Made by a program: the position numbers and the translations under genes. Below are positions 48,707 to 58,139 of a stretch of DNA of 64,000 bases, one piece after another. The notes under the pieces are model-generated. The model was given only the letters and a program-made list of their open reading frames with translations, had not been told where the DNA came from and ran no database searches. Where the stretch lies: IMG/VR virus record IMGVR_UViG_3300010885_015027, positions 1-64,000 of that record; one strand, 5' to 3'. Source of the stretch: a virus. Positions within the stretch are counted from its first letter, which is position 1. The number at the start of each line of letters is the position of its first letter.

Positions 48707-50713
48707 TTAATACTGTGTAGTATCTGTTACTTCAATTGGATTAATCGAGTGAACAACATACATCGGCATTTCTAAAGCAACAATTTCTTGTACTTCTTCA
48801 ATCGATTCTGCATGAATAATAGAAGATAAAAATCTTCTGGTTGATGGTTTGAATAAGATTACATTGAATACTTTACCTGATTCGAATTCTTCATCAAGAC
48901 CTTCCATTTCGTCTTCCATCACATCAGGTTCTTCTTCGTTATCTTCTGCTCCCACTTCAAAATCAACATCAGTCAAAGCAACAGATTCTCCGTCTTCGAA
49001 ATAAACCATAATCTCAGCAGAAACAGTTACTCCAGTTTCTCCTTCTGAAATTGAAGTCTTCATAAACATATCGCCTTCTAATTTCTCTTCAACAGTTTCG
49101 TCTGCAGAAAATACTGATAAGACTGCATTTCCACCTTCGATAGAATCTAACGGAATATCACCATCAGTTAATTTGTCAAAACTTAATCCAATAGTTGAAA
49201 GAAGAGTTTTAATCTCAGTCTCGGCTTCTTCTAGAGTAGCAAATGGATTAGATGATAAGACTTCTAGACCATTAACAACATCAGTAATTGTACTAATTTC
49301 AGATAAATTTACCGACTCATTAAATTCTTTAAATGTTTTCATTTCTTCCTCATTTGCTATGGTTGTAATTCCATCCCAAGAATCGTAACCTTGTAACCAG
49401 GCTTCCTTGGTAAAATAATGGTTAGAATATTCTTCTGGAACTTCTCGTTTCATCTCTGTTTCAGCAGATTTTTTTCCGGCATAAGTAGCTTCTCGGATCG
49501 CTTTTGCCGCTGGTAACATTCCTTTCATTTCTTTCATGACATTGATTCTGATTCTATTGTATAGAGTAGGATCTTTCTTGATATAAGAGATTAATCTATC
49601 TAATAAATCAAATAAGAGATTTCTCAGATAAGGAACTGTTCCGGCTACTTTCTTATTGGTCAAGGCTTTCTTTGCTCTACTGTAGAGCTTCTGATCAACT
49701 AAACCTAGTTTCAAAAGCATATCCAACTTAACATCAATAATTTCGTCAGAAGTAGCTTTCTTTTTAGAATTCTTAGGAGCTTTTGCTTCTGAGATAATCG
49801 ATTCGGAAACCGATGTTACTGTGGCATTTTTAGAAACTAGTGATGCTAAATTTCTATTGTTAACAATACTATTCATTAAATCTAATAGAAAATCAATTAA
49901 TGCTCTTTGATCTAATTCGCCTGTTGCTTGATTTTCGTCCGAACCAGTTTTAATGTAATTAGTTAGGGTGTTCATAATTCTGGTTGTATCTGCAGGAGAA
50001 TTAGAAAACGGGACGATTAATCTAGGTCTAATAACAGATTTCAAAACTGCCAATTTCTTTTTGATCGTCGGATCAGTAACAGGTTCTTCGGTTTCTTCTG
50101 AATCTGAACTAACTGCTTTAGAGATTATCTCTGCTAGAGTTTCTAAATCATAAGCTTTATCATCAATTGCAACGGAAGTTTTATTGACAGATACTTTCAC
50201 AGATCCTGTTTCAGAATTCCAATCGATAGATAAGGTATCACCATCAACATCGATCTCTTTTCTGGTTAATTTTTTTGTATCTGCAGGAATAGCTTTAATT
50301 GCGGTGGAAACAGAATCTTGTGTTAACTCTTCTGAAATATAATCCTGAAGAATTGCTTCAACAGCACCACGCAAAGCTTCCGGATTAGTCGCAACACCTT
50401 TGATTTCTGTATCATTCACTTTAACAGAAGACTCATAACCATTCCAATTAATGATTATTTTATTGTCCTCTGTTCCGATTTCATAATCAGTTAACTTTTC
50501 AACATCTAATGGAATAGAATTTGTAATCTTTTCAATATCTGTGTCGGAAATTTGTTTTTTTGTGATTAACGAAGCTAGAATTAAATTCTTAGATAAAATA
50601 TCTATTGATTCAATTAAATGGTTATCTGCCACACCAAATACTTTAGATTCTTCAGTCAATAAAGACTTATTGTGGATATTGATTTCTTTTAAAATGTTCG
50701 AAAATGTTTGCAT
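48707..50713 (-). CDS. acidic putative head-internal polyprotein
   Basis: MQTFSNILKE leader, internal MKTFKEFNES, many [IL]xE sites. Confidence 0.65.
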   Translation of the reverse strand: MQTFSNILKEINIHNKSLLTEESKVFGVADNHLIESIDILSKNLILASLITKKQISDTDIEKITNSIPLDVEKLTDYEIGTEDNKIIINWNGYESSVKVNDTEIKGVATNPEALRGAVEAILQDYISEELTQDSVSTAIKAIPADTKKLTRKEIDVDGDTLSIDWNSETGSVKVSVNKTSVAIDDKAYDLETLAEIISKAVSSDSEETEEPVTDPTIKKKLAVLKSVIRPRLIVPFSNSPADTTRIMNTLTNYIKTGSDENQATGELDQRALIDFLLDLMNSIVNNRNLASLVSKNATVTSVSESIISEAKAPKNSKKKATSDEIIDVKLDMLLKLGLVDQKLYSRAKKALTNKKVAGTVPYLRNLLFDLLDRLISYIKKDPTLYNRIRINVMKEMKGMLPAAKAIREATYAGKKSAETEMKREVPEEYSNHYFTKEAWLQGYDSWDGITTIANEEEMKTFKEFNESVNLSEISTITDVVNGLEVLSSNPFATLEEAETEIKTLLSTIGLSFDKLTDGDIPLDSIEGGNAVLSVFSADETVEEKLEGDMFMKTSISEGETGVTVSAEIMVYFEDGESVALTDVDFEVGAEDNEEEPDVMEDEMEGLDEEFESGKVFNVILFKPSTRRFLSSIIHAESIEEVQEIVALEMPMYVVHSINPIEVTDTTQY

Positions 50714-50741
50714 CGTGTTTCCTTTAATCTATTTATTAATT

Positions 50742-53700
50742 TTATACAGACAAAAGTCTAATATTCGTTATCTTACAACCACTGGCAAGTTTCTTGCCTT
50801 TATTGGAGAACACGAAACAGATTTTCTTACCGTCTTTCTTACTATAAGTTGTCGTCTCAGAAATAATTTTAATCGATTCTTCTAGTTTAGATCCAGGAGT
50901 TTTATTGAAAATCGATTCGTTAATTCCATATTCCTCAATATAAGGAGCAATTCTTTTCATAATATCGGCAGAAACATTAGGAACATCTTTTCCAAAAATT
51001 TTCAATAATTCTTGAGTTTCTGGAACATAATTTGCTAATTTTTTTGGAGAAAAACCATCTATATCTTTTACATTATCTAGACGATCCAAAGCTTTTATAT
51101 TCTTAACAGAAATTGGAGCAGCCTTCAAATTAGTAAAATATGTATCGTGATCAACTTTTACTTTATCAGGAGAGTCAGTATGTTCACTAAATGCCTTCGA
51201 TAATATCTTGACAGTTGTTGCAGTTTCTTTTCCAAATTCTTTGCTTAATGATTTAAATGTAATAGAAGCTGGTCCGTCTTCCATAACGTCATGCAATATT
51301 GCTGCTAAAAGAGTTGGTTCATCTGTGAAACCATAATTCATAGCAGTATCAAATACTTCCATTGGATGTATGATGTATTTCGATCCAGTTGATTTTCTGA
51401 ATTGCCCCTCGTGAGCCATATCAGCTAATTTATATGCAGCTTCAATTTTTGGATATAACTTAGGGAATTTCTGTTTTGCTCTTTCTAAAATCGTTTTGAT
51501 GGTAGAATCAACATCAGTTTTTTCACGAATACTGTCAGAAATAATTTTAATCGATTCTTGAATCGGATCTTCTGAATAATTGTAATAATCGAATATTGCT
51601 TCTGCATTATGAGTAGAAACTGAGACCTTATCTTGAATCCAAGCAGGTAGTTCAGTCTTATTCTGGATAATATCCAAAGTCTTCATAGATAAATCTGCAA
51701 TCTTTTTTAATTGTCCAGTGATCATCTCGATTTCGTAATCATCTTCTTCGTTCAAAAGCTTTCTCCTTGTAGCACTAAGTTTTAATATGAAAGCACCTGG
51801 ATCTGTTACTTCTATGCTTTCGTTGTTTCCAGATTTTCCACGCCATTCAAAAGAATATTCTACCGCAGAAAGATGTTTGTTGACTATGCTTCCAATCGCT
51901 TTTTGTAAATTAATATCATTTACGTTCCACTTGATAGTATTAAATCTTAATTCGTTGAATTGTTTATCTAGTAACCAACGGACCCAACCTTTCTTAGTAG
52001 CATCAGTTTCTGTCGGTTTTCTACCCAATGATGTATTAGGATTCATTTCTGCTATTCTTCTGAGTATAGAAGTATGAGTATTATCTAGTTCGTTTGGTCT
52101 TATGGATTCCCCTTGTGGTGTAATCCAACCCCCGTCTGTGTATCCGAACATATGCGCTTCTGCCAGATATTTTCTGGCTTTCTTTGCAAGATCAGCATCT
52201 GTGCTATACCATGTCTTTCCTTTTGTTAAGAAAGAATTTACTCTTGCAAAAGCCCAAGCTGATTGCGGTGCACCTGGTCTGTGGCCAGTTACCCATGCAG
52301 CCATTCCACGATTATAGACTTGTTTTAAGATAGAATAAGGAACACCGGAGGCTTTTGACTTCTTCTGCAAAGCAGTTATAGATCTTTTCTTTTCTTCATC
52401 TAACATAAGATTTCTGAACAGTTTTTTAATTGCAGAAGGCTCTTTAAGAGAATTTCTGAGACGTCTAAGAGAGTTGTCTATTTTTACTGTTTCTCTTCTA
52501 TTTTGTTTGTTATCTTTTGTTTTACTTCTCAAATCCCAAGTTATTTCTTCCGGAAGGCGTATATTCTCGCCAAAAACATCTTTTTTAGTTCCACGAACTA
52601 TACTGTTAATAATATTTTCCACGCCCATCACAATACGATCTTCACTATTCGGAAGATACCCATATATATCTAATTTTTTGGGGGTTTTAGATTCTATAAA
52701 AAATTTTAACCATCCAGCATTTAATGCTTGATATTCGTACAATTTTCCGGGGAGAATATTCGCATGCGAATATTCATCTTCTTTACTATCTTTTTGTTTT
52801 TTTGTCGGGAAAACTAAGTTTCCTTCTAGATCTATCCAACCCCAATATTCATAATATTTTCCCATCTCAAAAGATTCTTTTGTTACAAATTTTGCCCTGT
52901 ATTTCTTGTTATATTTAGATGGTCTAGTCGCTTTCGAATCACCAGGAACTTTATCTGCCTTTTTATATTCATCTTTTGTGAAAGGATAAGTTCCTAAGCC
53001 CTTCCAGAAAGAAGATCTTTTCTTAGAAGTTGATTTAGATAATTTTGCGAAATATTTCTTAGGTTCGGCATCTTCGTCCATATAGTTCTGAAGATAGCTC
53101 TTCACTAAATCAAAATACTTAATCTTCTTACCACCAACAGTTATCAATAAATCAGCAGGAATTCCTGCTGCATCTGAGAAGCTATCTTTATCGTCAGCTT
53201 TAACAGCAGATCGCAAATCTGATGCAGAAGATAATCTTTCTGTAGGTCTCAGAATAATATTTGAGAAGATATATCTCTTTCCATCTTTTAATTCTTTATC
53301 ATTATAATCTTTCAATAGTTGCAATACATATTGTTCATCAGTATAACAGATAAGTGTTATATCATCTTTCTTGTATTTTTCGTAAACATATGTTGCTAGA
53401 GTTAACCAAGTTTGTTCGAAAACAAAATGATCCTTGATGTTTGGATATAGAGTATTAATGACGATTTCTTTAACATCAGAAGGGAGCGGATCTTTTTTAC
53501 CTATCGTACTTTTATTTGTTCCAACATACCAAGCATCTAGATCGGAATCAGCAGCCATCTGTTTCCAAGCTGCAATATGACCCTTATGTGGAGGATTGAA
53601 TCTACCAAACATTACACCAACAGCGAAAGATCCTTCTAGATCTTCTGTTATGGATTCTGTTTTTGCAAAATTACCTTGCAAACCTGATATAATGAATTTT

Positions 53701-54707
53701 CCAGTTATTTTTAGGATCTCGCCATTCTCTCTTTTAATCATCAATCCTTCTTGATCGGATCCCTTTCCTAATTTGGATCCAACGGAATTCATGATGTATG
53801 TCCCAAGAGTAATTGTTGCGTAATACAGAATGTAATCCCTAATTTGATCTGGTGTTAAACCTGTCTTATCACCAGCATCTATCTCTTGATAGACTTTCTT
53901 AGTGAAGATAACTGCCCTATCATTTTTCTTTGGGATTTGATCTATGTCTAAAATCCAATTTTTAAGAGATTTGGATACACCATTCAGAGTCAAATTTGTA
54001 TCTAATGTTGGAGTAAAATTAAGATTTGCAGTCTTCTTAACTTCTGGATTACCTAACACAACAAAGTCGTCTTCGTTGTTCTTTTTCTTTAATAGAACTG
54101 TTAAGGCTTTTGCATATGCATTAATAACATCTACATTGTAAGGATAATCTGATATTTCTCTTTTCTTATTACCAGTTTTTTTAACAATTTCGTCTGAATA
54201 TTTAATGATTCTTAGACCATGTATGGCAATAAAATTCTTGATGTTATATGTTATCTGGTTGGATTTGCCATTTTCAACAAATTCTACATTTAAGATAAGA
54301 TTGGGATTCTTCGTCAAACCTAATTTATCTAAACTCTTCATAGTGGAATCTATTGTCGGATTCAATAAATTGAGAAGAATTGACGCACTCCTTTGTAGTT
54401 CAGGCCTCAGTCGACTTGCGTCTAAGTTATCGACAGTGATTCCTGTAAAATCTTCATCTGCTTGGGTTCCACGATCCAAAGCAAATTCATATTTTCCAGC
54501 GGCATTCTTTACTAATCTCACGGATAGATTTATTCCATCCAACTTCACCCAAGCAGATCCAGGTTTACCAGCAGAACCCTTTTCAATATATTTTTTGACT
54601 TCGTCGAATAAATTTAGAAATTCTCGGCCATTATTGGCGACATCAAATGGGTGGAGAACATGGCCTCCTGCACCACCTTCTGTTAAAAAAGATTTAAAAG
54701 ATATCAT
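50742..54707 (-). CDS. 1321-aa multidomain protein: N-terminal domain, HIGH nucleotidyltransferase, two GWI domains, conserved phage domains, RelA/SpoT-type HD hydrolase
   Basis: MISFKSFLTE; FGRFNPPHKGH; VYNRGMAAW..WAFARVNSF; AHEGQFRK..YIIHP..LHDVMED..K.LDRLDN. Confidence 0.85.
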   Translation of the reverse strand: MISFKSFLTEGGAGGHVLHPFDVANNGREFLNLFDEVKKYIEKGSAGKPGSAWVKLDGINLSVRLVKNAAGKYEFALDRGTQADEDFTGITVDNLDASRLRPELQRSASILLNLLNPTIDSTMKSLDKLGLTKNPNLILNVEFVENGKSNQITYNIKNFIAIHGLRIIKYSDEIVKKTGNKKREISDYPYNVDVINAYAKALTVLLKKKNNEDDFVVLGNPEVKKTANLNFTPTLDTNLTLNGVSKSLKNWILDIDQIPKKNDRAVIFTKKVYQEIDAGDKTGLTPDQIRDYILYYATITLGTYIMNSVGSKLGKGSDQEGLMIKRENGEILKITGKFIISGLQGNFAKTESITEDLEGSFAVGVMFGRFNPPHKGHIAAWKQMAADSDLDAWYVGTNKSTIGKKDPLPSDVKEIVINTLYPNIKDHFVFEQTWLTLATYVYEKYKKDDITLICYTDEQYVLQLLKDYNDKELKDGKRYIFSNIILRPTERLSSASDLRSAVKADDKDSFSDAAGIPADLLITVGGKKIKYFDLVKSYLQNYMDEDAEPKKYFAKLSKSTSKKRSSFWKGLGTYPFTKDEYKKADKVPGDSKATRPSKYNKKYRAKFVTKESFEMGKYYEYWGWIDLEGNLVFPTKKQKDSKEDEYSHANILPGKLYEYQALNAGWLKFFIESKTPKKLDIYGYLPNSEDRIVMGVENIINSIVRGTKKDVFGENIRLPEEITWDLRSKTKDNKQNRRETVKIDNSLRRLRNSLKEPSAIKKLFRNLMLDEEKKRSITALQKKSKASGVPYSILKQVYNRGMAAWVTGHRPGAPQSAWAFARVNSFLTKGKTWYSTDADLAKKARKYLAEAHMFGYTDGGWITPQGESIRPNELDNTHTSILRRIAEMNPNTSLGRKPTETDATKKGWVRWLLDKQFNELRFNTIKWNVNDINLQKAIGSIVNKHLSAVEYSFEWRGKSGNNESIEVTDPGAFILKLSATRRKLLNEEDDYEIEMITGQLKKIADLSMKTLDIIQNKTELPAWIQDKVSVSTHNAEAIFDYYNYSEDPIQESIKIISDSIREKTDVDSTIKTILERAKQKFPKLYPKIEAAYKLADMAHEGQFRKSTGSKYIIHPMEVFDTAMNYGFTDEPTLLAAILHDVMEDGPASITFKSLSKEFGKETATTVKILSKAFSEHTDSPDKVKVDHDTYFTNLKAAPISVKNIKALDRLDNVKDIDGFSPKKLANYVPETQELLKIFGKDVPNVSADIMKRIAPYIEEYGINESIFNKTPGSKLEESIKIISETTTYSKKDGKKICFVFSNKGKKLASGCKITNIRLLSV

Positions 54708-54862
54708 TACTTTTACTTTTTCACCAATGTAATCTTCAAAATATATTCAGATTCATCTTTTTTGGACTTGTCTATTCCTTGCTTGATCAATTTCTTGATC
54801 TCGTCCATATAATATTTGTATAGAGTTAAATCGTTTGATTTGGTTGCTAGATTGATTGTCAT
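54707..54862 (-). CDS. 51-aa hypothetical protein
   Basis: Manual ORF MTINLATKSND..; GGAG Shine-Dalgarno; stop overlaps the next ATG. Confidence 0.55.
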
Positions 54863-54895
54863 GATAATCTCCAAAAGTATTTATTAAAACAGGAA

Positions 54896-54916
54896 ATGGG
54901 GACCGAAGTCCCCAAA
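54896..54916. terminator. intrinsic terminator hairpin
   Basis: TGGGGAC-CGAA-GTCCCCA. Confidence 0.75.
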
Positions 54917-54954
54917 TTTAAATTACATGCGTTAATGTCTATTTCACACGATCG

Positions 54955-55314
54955 TCAATCATTGTGAATATCATTTACAAAGTTATTTCTGATAAAAAGA
55001 TATTTTACATATTCCTCAAAATCCTGGATTGAATCAAAATCTTCTAAAGATAGAGTAATGCGAATACTTCGATTATGATTGTCATAGAAAACCATCTCAA
55101 ACGAAATTCGTATTTCTCCTACCAAAGTATTATATTTCGAAAAATCGTAAATATATGCATTAATGAAGTATTGTGTTATACCTTCAAGAGTTCTTACTCT
55201 TTTTTGAAAGAACTTATCACAATTCTTATAATCTAGAGAAGAAGAATCGTCAAATTCAAATTCTCGATAATTATTGCTGAGTAATTTAGTAATTGTGTTT
55301 TCCATGGTGTTCAT
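54955..55314 (-). CDS. hypothetical protein
   Basis: ORF in operon. Confidence 0.6.
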   Translation of the reverse strand: MNTMENTITKLLSNNYREFEFDDSSSLDYKNCDKFFQKRVRTLEGITQYFINAYIYDFSKYNTLVGEIRISFEMVFYDNHNRSIRITLSLEDFDSIQDFEEYVKYLFIRNNFVNDIHND

Positions 55315-55315
55315 A

Positions 55316-56083
55316 TTAAATTATTGTGAGGATTTGGGAGGAATTAAGATCAGGTGTTGATTTACAGTCTACTACATACCATGCATTCGTGTCAAGATGG
55401 ATCTTTAGATAATGATTCAGAGCGGTATCGATGTTAATGTTACGAGCGTGCATTTCAGTACCCATCCACAGCGGGACAGTATGTTGTGTATGTCCGACAA
55501 CCTGAAAAAGTCCTTCGATCAATTCTAGATTGGTCCAATCTATCCAAAGAAATCCACCGTGTTTCTGACGGCCACCACGATCCTGACCAGCATGAAGCAG
55601 CGGATGGTTCGAGTCGATGTCGACGTCTAGTGAATCAAAAAAATCTACTAGCGAATCGTGCTTGGTCGCATCAGTAAATACGGTAAAATGACTAGGATGA
55701 ATACCAGCATGAGAAAAGAGAACAGACTTTCCAGCAATCTTTTGTAATTCATAGAGTTTAATTTTTTTTCGAAATTCCTTTGAAAGATTCTTTTTGATAT
55801 ATTCGTGATTGTTACTAGAGTATCCAGAACAAAGATTATCTTTGTTTGTTGACAGATAATGGATATCATGATTGCCCATCAAGAAGGTATAGCGAGGATT
55901 ATCTGCATTCTCATTCAAGAAGGCGACGGTATATTTAAATTGATCTTGATGATAAAATGAATCAAAATAATCACCAAGAAAAATCACTTCTTCGGCAGTT
56001 TTGATATCTTCCCGGTCTAGAAGAATATCTAACTTAAAAATCTGTTGGTGGATATCTGGTATAACAATCTTATGAGTGGACAT
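55316..56083 (-). CDS. calcineurin-like metallophosphoesterase
   Basis: DIH, GDYFD, GNHD, SHAG, VGHT, IDT. Confidence 0.88.
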   Translation of the reverse strand: MSTHKIVIPDIHQQIFKLDILLDREDIKTAEEVIFLGDYFDSFYHQDQFKYTVAFLNENADNPRYTFLMGNHDIHYLSTNKDNLCSGYSSNNHEYIKKNLSKEFRKKIKLYELQKIAGKSVLFSHAGIHPSHFTVFTDATKHDSLVDFFDSLDVDIDSNHPLLHAGQDRGGRQKHGGFLWIDWTNLELIEGLFQVVGHTQHTVPLWMGTEMHARNINIDTALNHYLKIHLDTNAWYVVDCKSTPDLNSSQILTII

Positions 56084-56089
56084 AATAAT

Positions 56090-56296
56090 TTATTCATGAA
56101 ATTCATCTATTTCCAATTGTTCTATTTCTAATAGTGTGAACAATTTAAAACTTTTACATTCTCTGCATCTTCCAACATATTGTTCTGCGAATTCTCTAGT
56201 AGAGAATGCCCCCAGATTGTAAGTGATCATTGTGTCATTATAATCATCCCAATCGATTTCTTGTCTGGTTTCTTTTACTAAGAAGATAGTAGTCAT
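56090..56296 (-). CDS. hypothetical protein
   Basis: ORF in operon. Confidence 0.55.
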   Translation of the reverse strand: MTTIFLVKETRQEIDWDDYNDTMITYNLGAFSTREFAEQYVGRCRECKSFKLFTLLEIEQLEIDEFHE

Positions 56297-56315
56297 AATT
56301 TTAAATTAATTTATA

Positions 56316-56450
56316 TAGAGGGAAACTACAAAGTGAACCATCCAATATTTCAGAATGGCAGCAGCTCATCTTGACTTGCTCTCGGTTCTGCTTTTCACCC
56401 TATTCTCTCTTTGTTTGGTTTCTGCCAGGCTGTTAATCCGTTTCCCTCTA
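56316..56450 (-). ncRNA. candidate structured RNA
   Basis: 11-bp closing stem TAGAGGGAAAC/GTTTCCCTCTA; inner TGGCAG/CTGCCA; intergenic. Confidence 0.45.
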
Positions 56451-56469
56451 CTATTTAATTATATACTAT

Positions 56470-56883
56470 TTACTTCCTGGTGTCAAGATCTATTTTAGGA
56501 GAAGTCTTCATAAAAATATCATGACAGATATCACAATTAGTTTTGATCCATGATCGACCGTCTTTCAACGTCCGAAGCTTGGCCCCATCAGCCCCACAAA
56601 CTTCGCAGACCGTCTCAGAAAGTTTTTCGTATCTGAAAACGATTTCATAGAGTTCATCATAACCAGTATATTCTTCATCTAACCACCTTAGATAGACTCG
56701 GAGTGTACCGAACTTTTCTTTGACTTGTGCAATCCCACCATCCCAACCAGCCTCAGATAATTCTTGAAATAATTTACGAAGGATTCCATCCCAACCTCTA
56801 TCACATTGGGCATATCTAAGATTTAAAAAATCCTCCACTGAACATGTATTTTTACCGCCACGTCGTTCGATTGACAACATCAT
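56470..56883 (-). CDS. conserved phage protein (QVKEKFG.LR, CxxC..CxxC)
   Basis: GW..I, QVKEKFGTLRVY, CEVCG, CDIC. Confidence 0.75.
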   Translation of the reverse strand: MMLSIERRGGKNTCSVEDFLNLRYAQCDRGWDGILRKLFQELSEAGWDGGIAQVKEKFGTLRVYLRWLDEEYTGYDELYEIVFRYEKLSETVCEVCGADGAKLRTLKDGRSWIKTNCDICHDIFMKTSPKIDLDTRK

Positions 56884-57155
56884 CGAAGACCTCCACCAGA
56901 TTCACGTTCATTTTCGCAAACTTTATAACGAGTCAACAGCGAGTATTTAATCAAAAAACAGATCCTTGAATTATCGGTATCTTTACCGAATTCGCCTAGA
57001 TAAGTGAATCCTTCATAATTACCAGTGTCATGAAGAATATTGCCCGCAATGCTGATATAGGCATTTCGTTCACAAACCGAGTGATCCGGGGAATTCTTCA
57101 AAAACCAATTCGTCTTTTCCAGAAGATCCGCCACTTCAAAAGTCTTTCGTGTCAT
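56880..57155 (-). CDS. hypothetical protein
   Basis: ILHDTGNYEGF motif. Confidence 0.6.
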   Translation of the reverse strand: MTRKTFEVADLLEKTNWFLKNSPDHSVCERNAYISIAGNILHDTGNYEGFTYLGEFGKDTDNSRICFLIKYSLLTRYKVCENERESGGGLR

Positions 57156-57190
57156 ATAATTATTATATATCTTCCTATTCTAAATGTCAA

Positions 57191-57406
57191 CTACGAAGTG
57201 AAAGAAAATCTAACATTCATTGTCCGTCGATTCATCGCGATCAAATATATTTCATTATACATAGCAACGAAAGAAATATTCAGAGGCTGGTCGACGCAAG
57301 GATGCAATGCTCGATAATGTTCAAGAACTTGAATACCATTCATCTTTCCTTTTGGATTCAGGTCAAAGAATTCTTGGAGGTTGCTGATTCGTTGTTTAAT
57401 ACTCAT
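57191..57406 (-). CDS. hypothetical protein
   Basis: Follows a TTGACA-17-TACAAT promoter. Confidence 0.55.
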   Translation of the reverse strand: MSIKQRISNLQEFFDLNPKGKMNGIQVLEHYRALHPCVDQPLNISFVAMYNEIYLIAMNRRTMNVRFSFTS

Positions 57407-57481
57407 ATAGACTATCCCTTTAAAACTGGTACATACCTATTGTAGCGTGAGAAGTCAAGGATGTCAAGTCTTTTTAAAAGA

Positions 57482-57741
57482 ATATCTCCTTTGTTTTCAA
57501 CGACTTGGTGCAAGTGATTGATTCAGAACGAGATATTCTTTTTGAGATCGCTACAGAGATCTCGAGAGACCAGGTATACCTATGGACCACCTGAATCCAG
57601 AGATCGCTTGTGTGCGTCCCTGGGACGATCCATGCAGGCAATAACACAGGTGGGTATAGATGGAACCTCCATGGATTTCGAAAAGAATATCTCCTTTGTT
57701 TTCAACGGCTCCTTGCAAGTGATTGAAAACAAAGGAAATTT
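57482..57741. repeat. palindrome - spacer (family 1, inverted) - palindrome, between divergent promoters
   Basis: Palindromes at 57482-57536 and 57687-57741. Confidence 0.85.
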
Positions 57742-57791
57742 AAATTTAGAATTTCCTTGCTAAACTCCCCGCTCTATTATATAATGGATGT

Positions 57792-58025
57792 ATGGTTATC
57801 AAAGGAACAGTTCCTGAATGCGACATTACTGGGAAGAAGTATAATCCTCCCGTTTTTGGTGGTCACTGCGTTGTCGCTGGTGCGACTGGTCGTCACTGTG
57901 TTGTGATGCTTATTGGTCCGGAAGTGATTGAACGGGCGAACTTTAAAGTTCTCGACTTCGAAGAGACGATGGATTATCGGGAAGAGATTGCTGACAAGTT
58001 TGGTTGGGGAAACGTCGATTTCTAG
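57792..58025 (+). CDS. leaderless cassette ORF
   Basis: TTGCTA-17-TATAAT, 6 nt, ATG. Confidence 0.7.
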   Translation: MVIKGTVPECDITGKKYNPPVFGGHCVVAGATGRHCVVMLIGPEVIERANFKVLDFEETMDYREEIADKFGWGNVDF

Positions 58026-58032
58026 GAAAAGA

Positions 58033-58087
58033 ATATCTCCTTTGTTTTCAGTAGTTTAGTGCAAGTGATTGATTCAGAAGGAGATAT
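58033..58087. repeat. 55-bp palindrome
   Basis: Same family as 3185-3239. Confidence 0.9.
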
Positions 58088-58139
58088 TCTTTCGAGGCCT
58101 CCTTGCTATTCCTGGATGGATAAGGTATAATGGTTCTAT

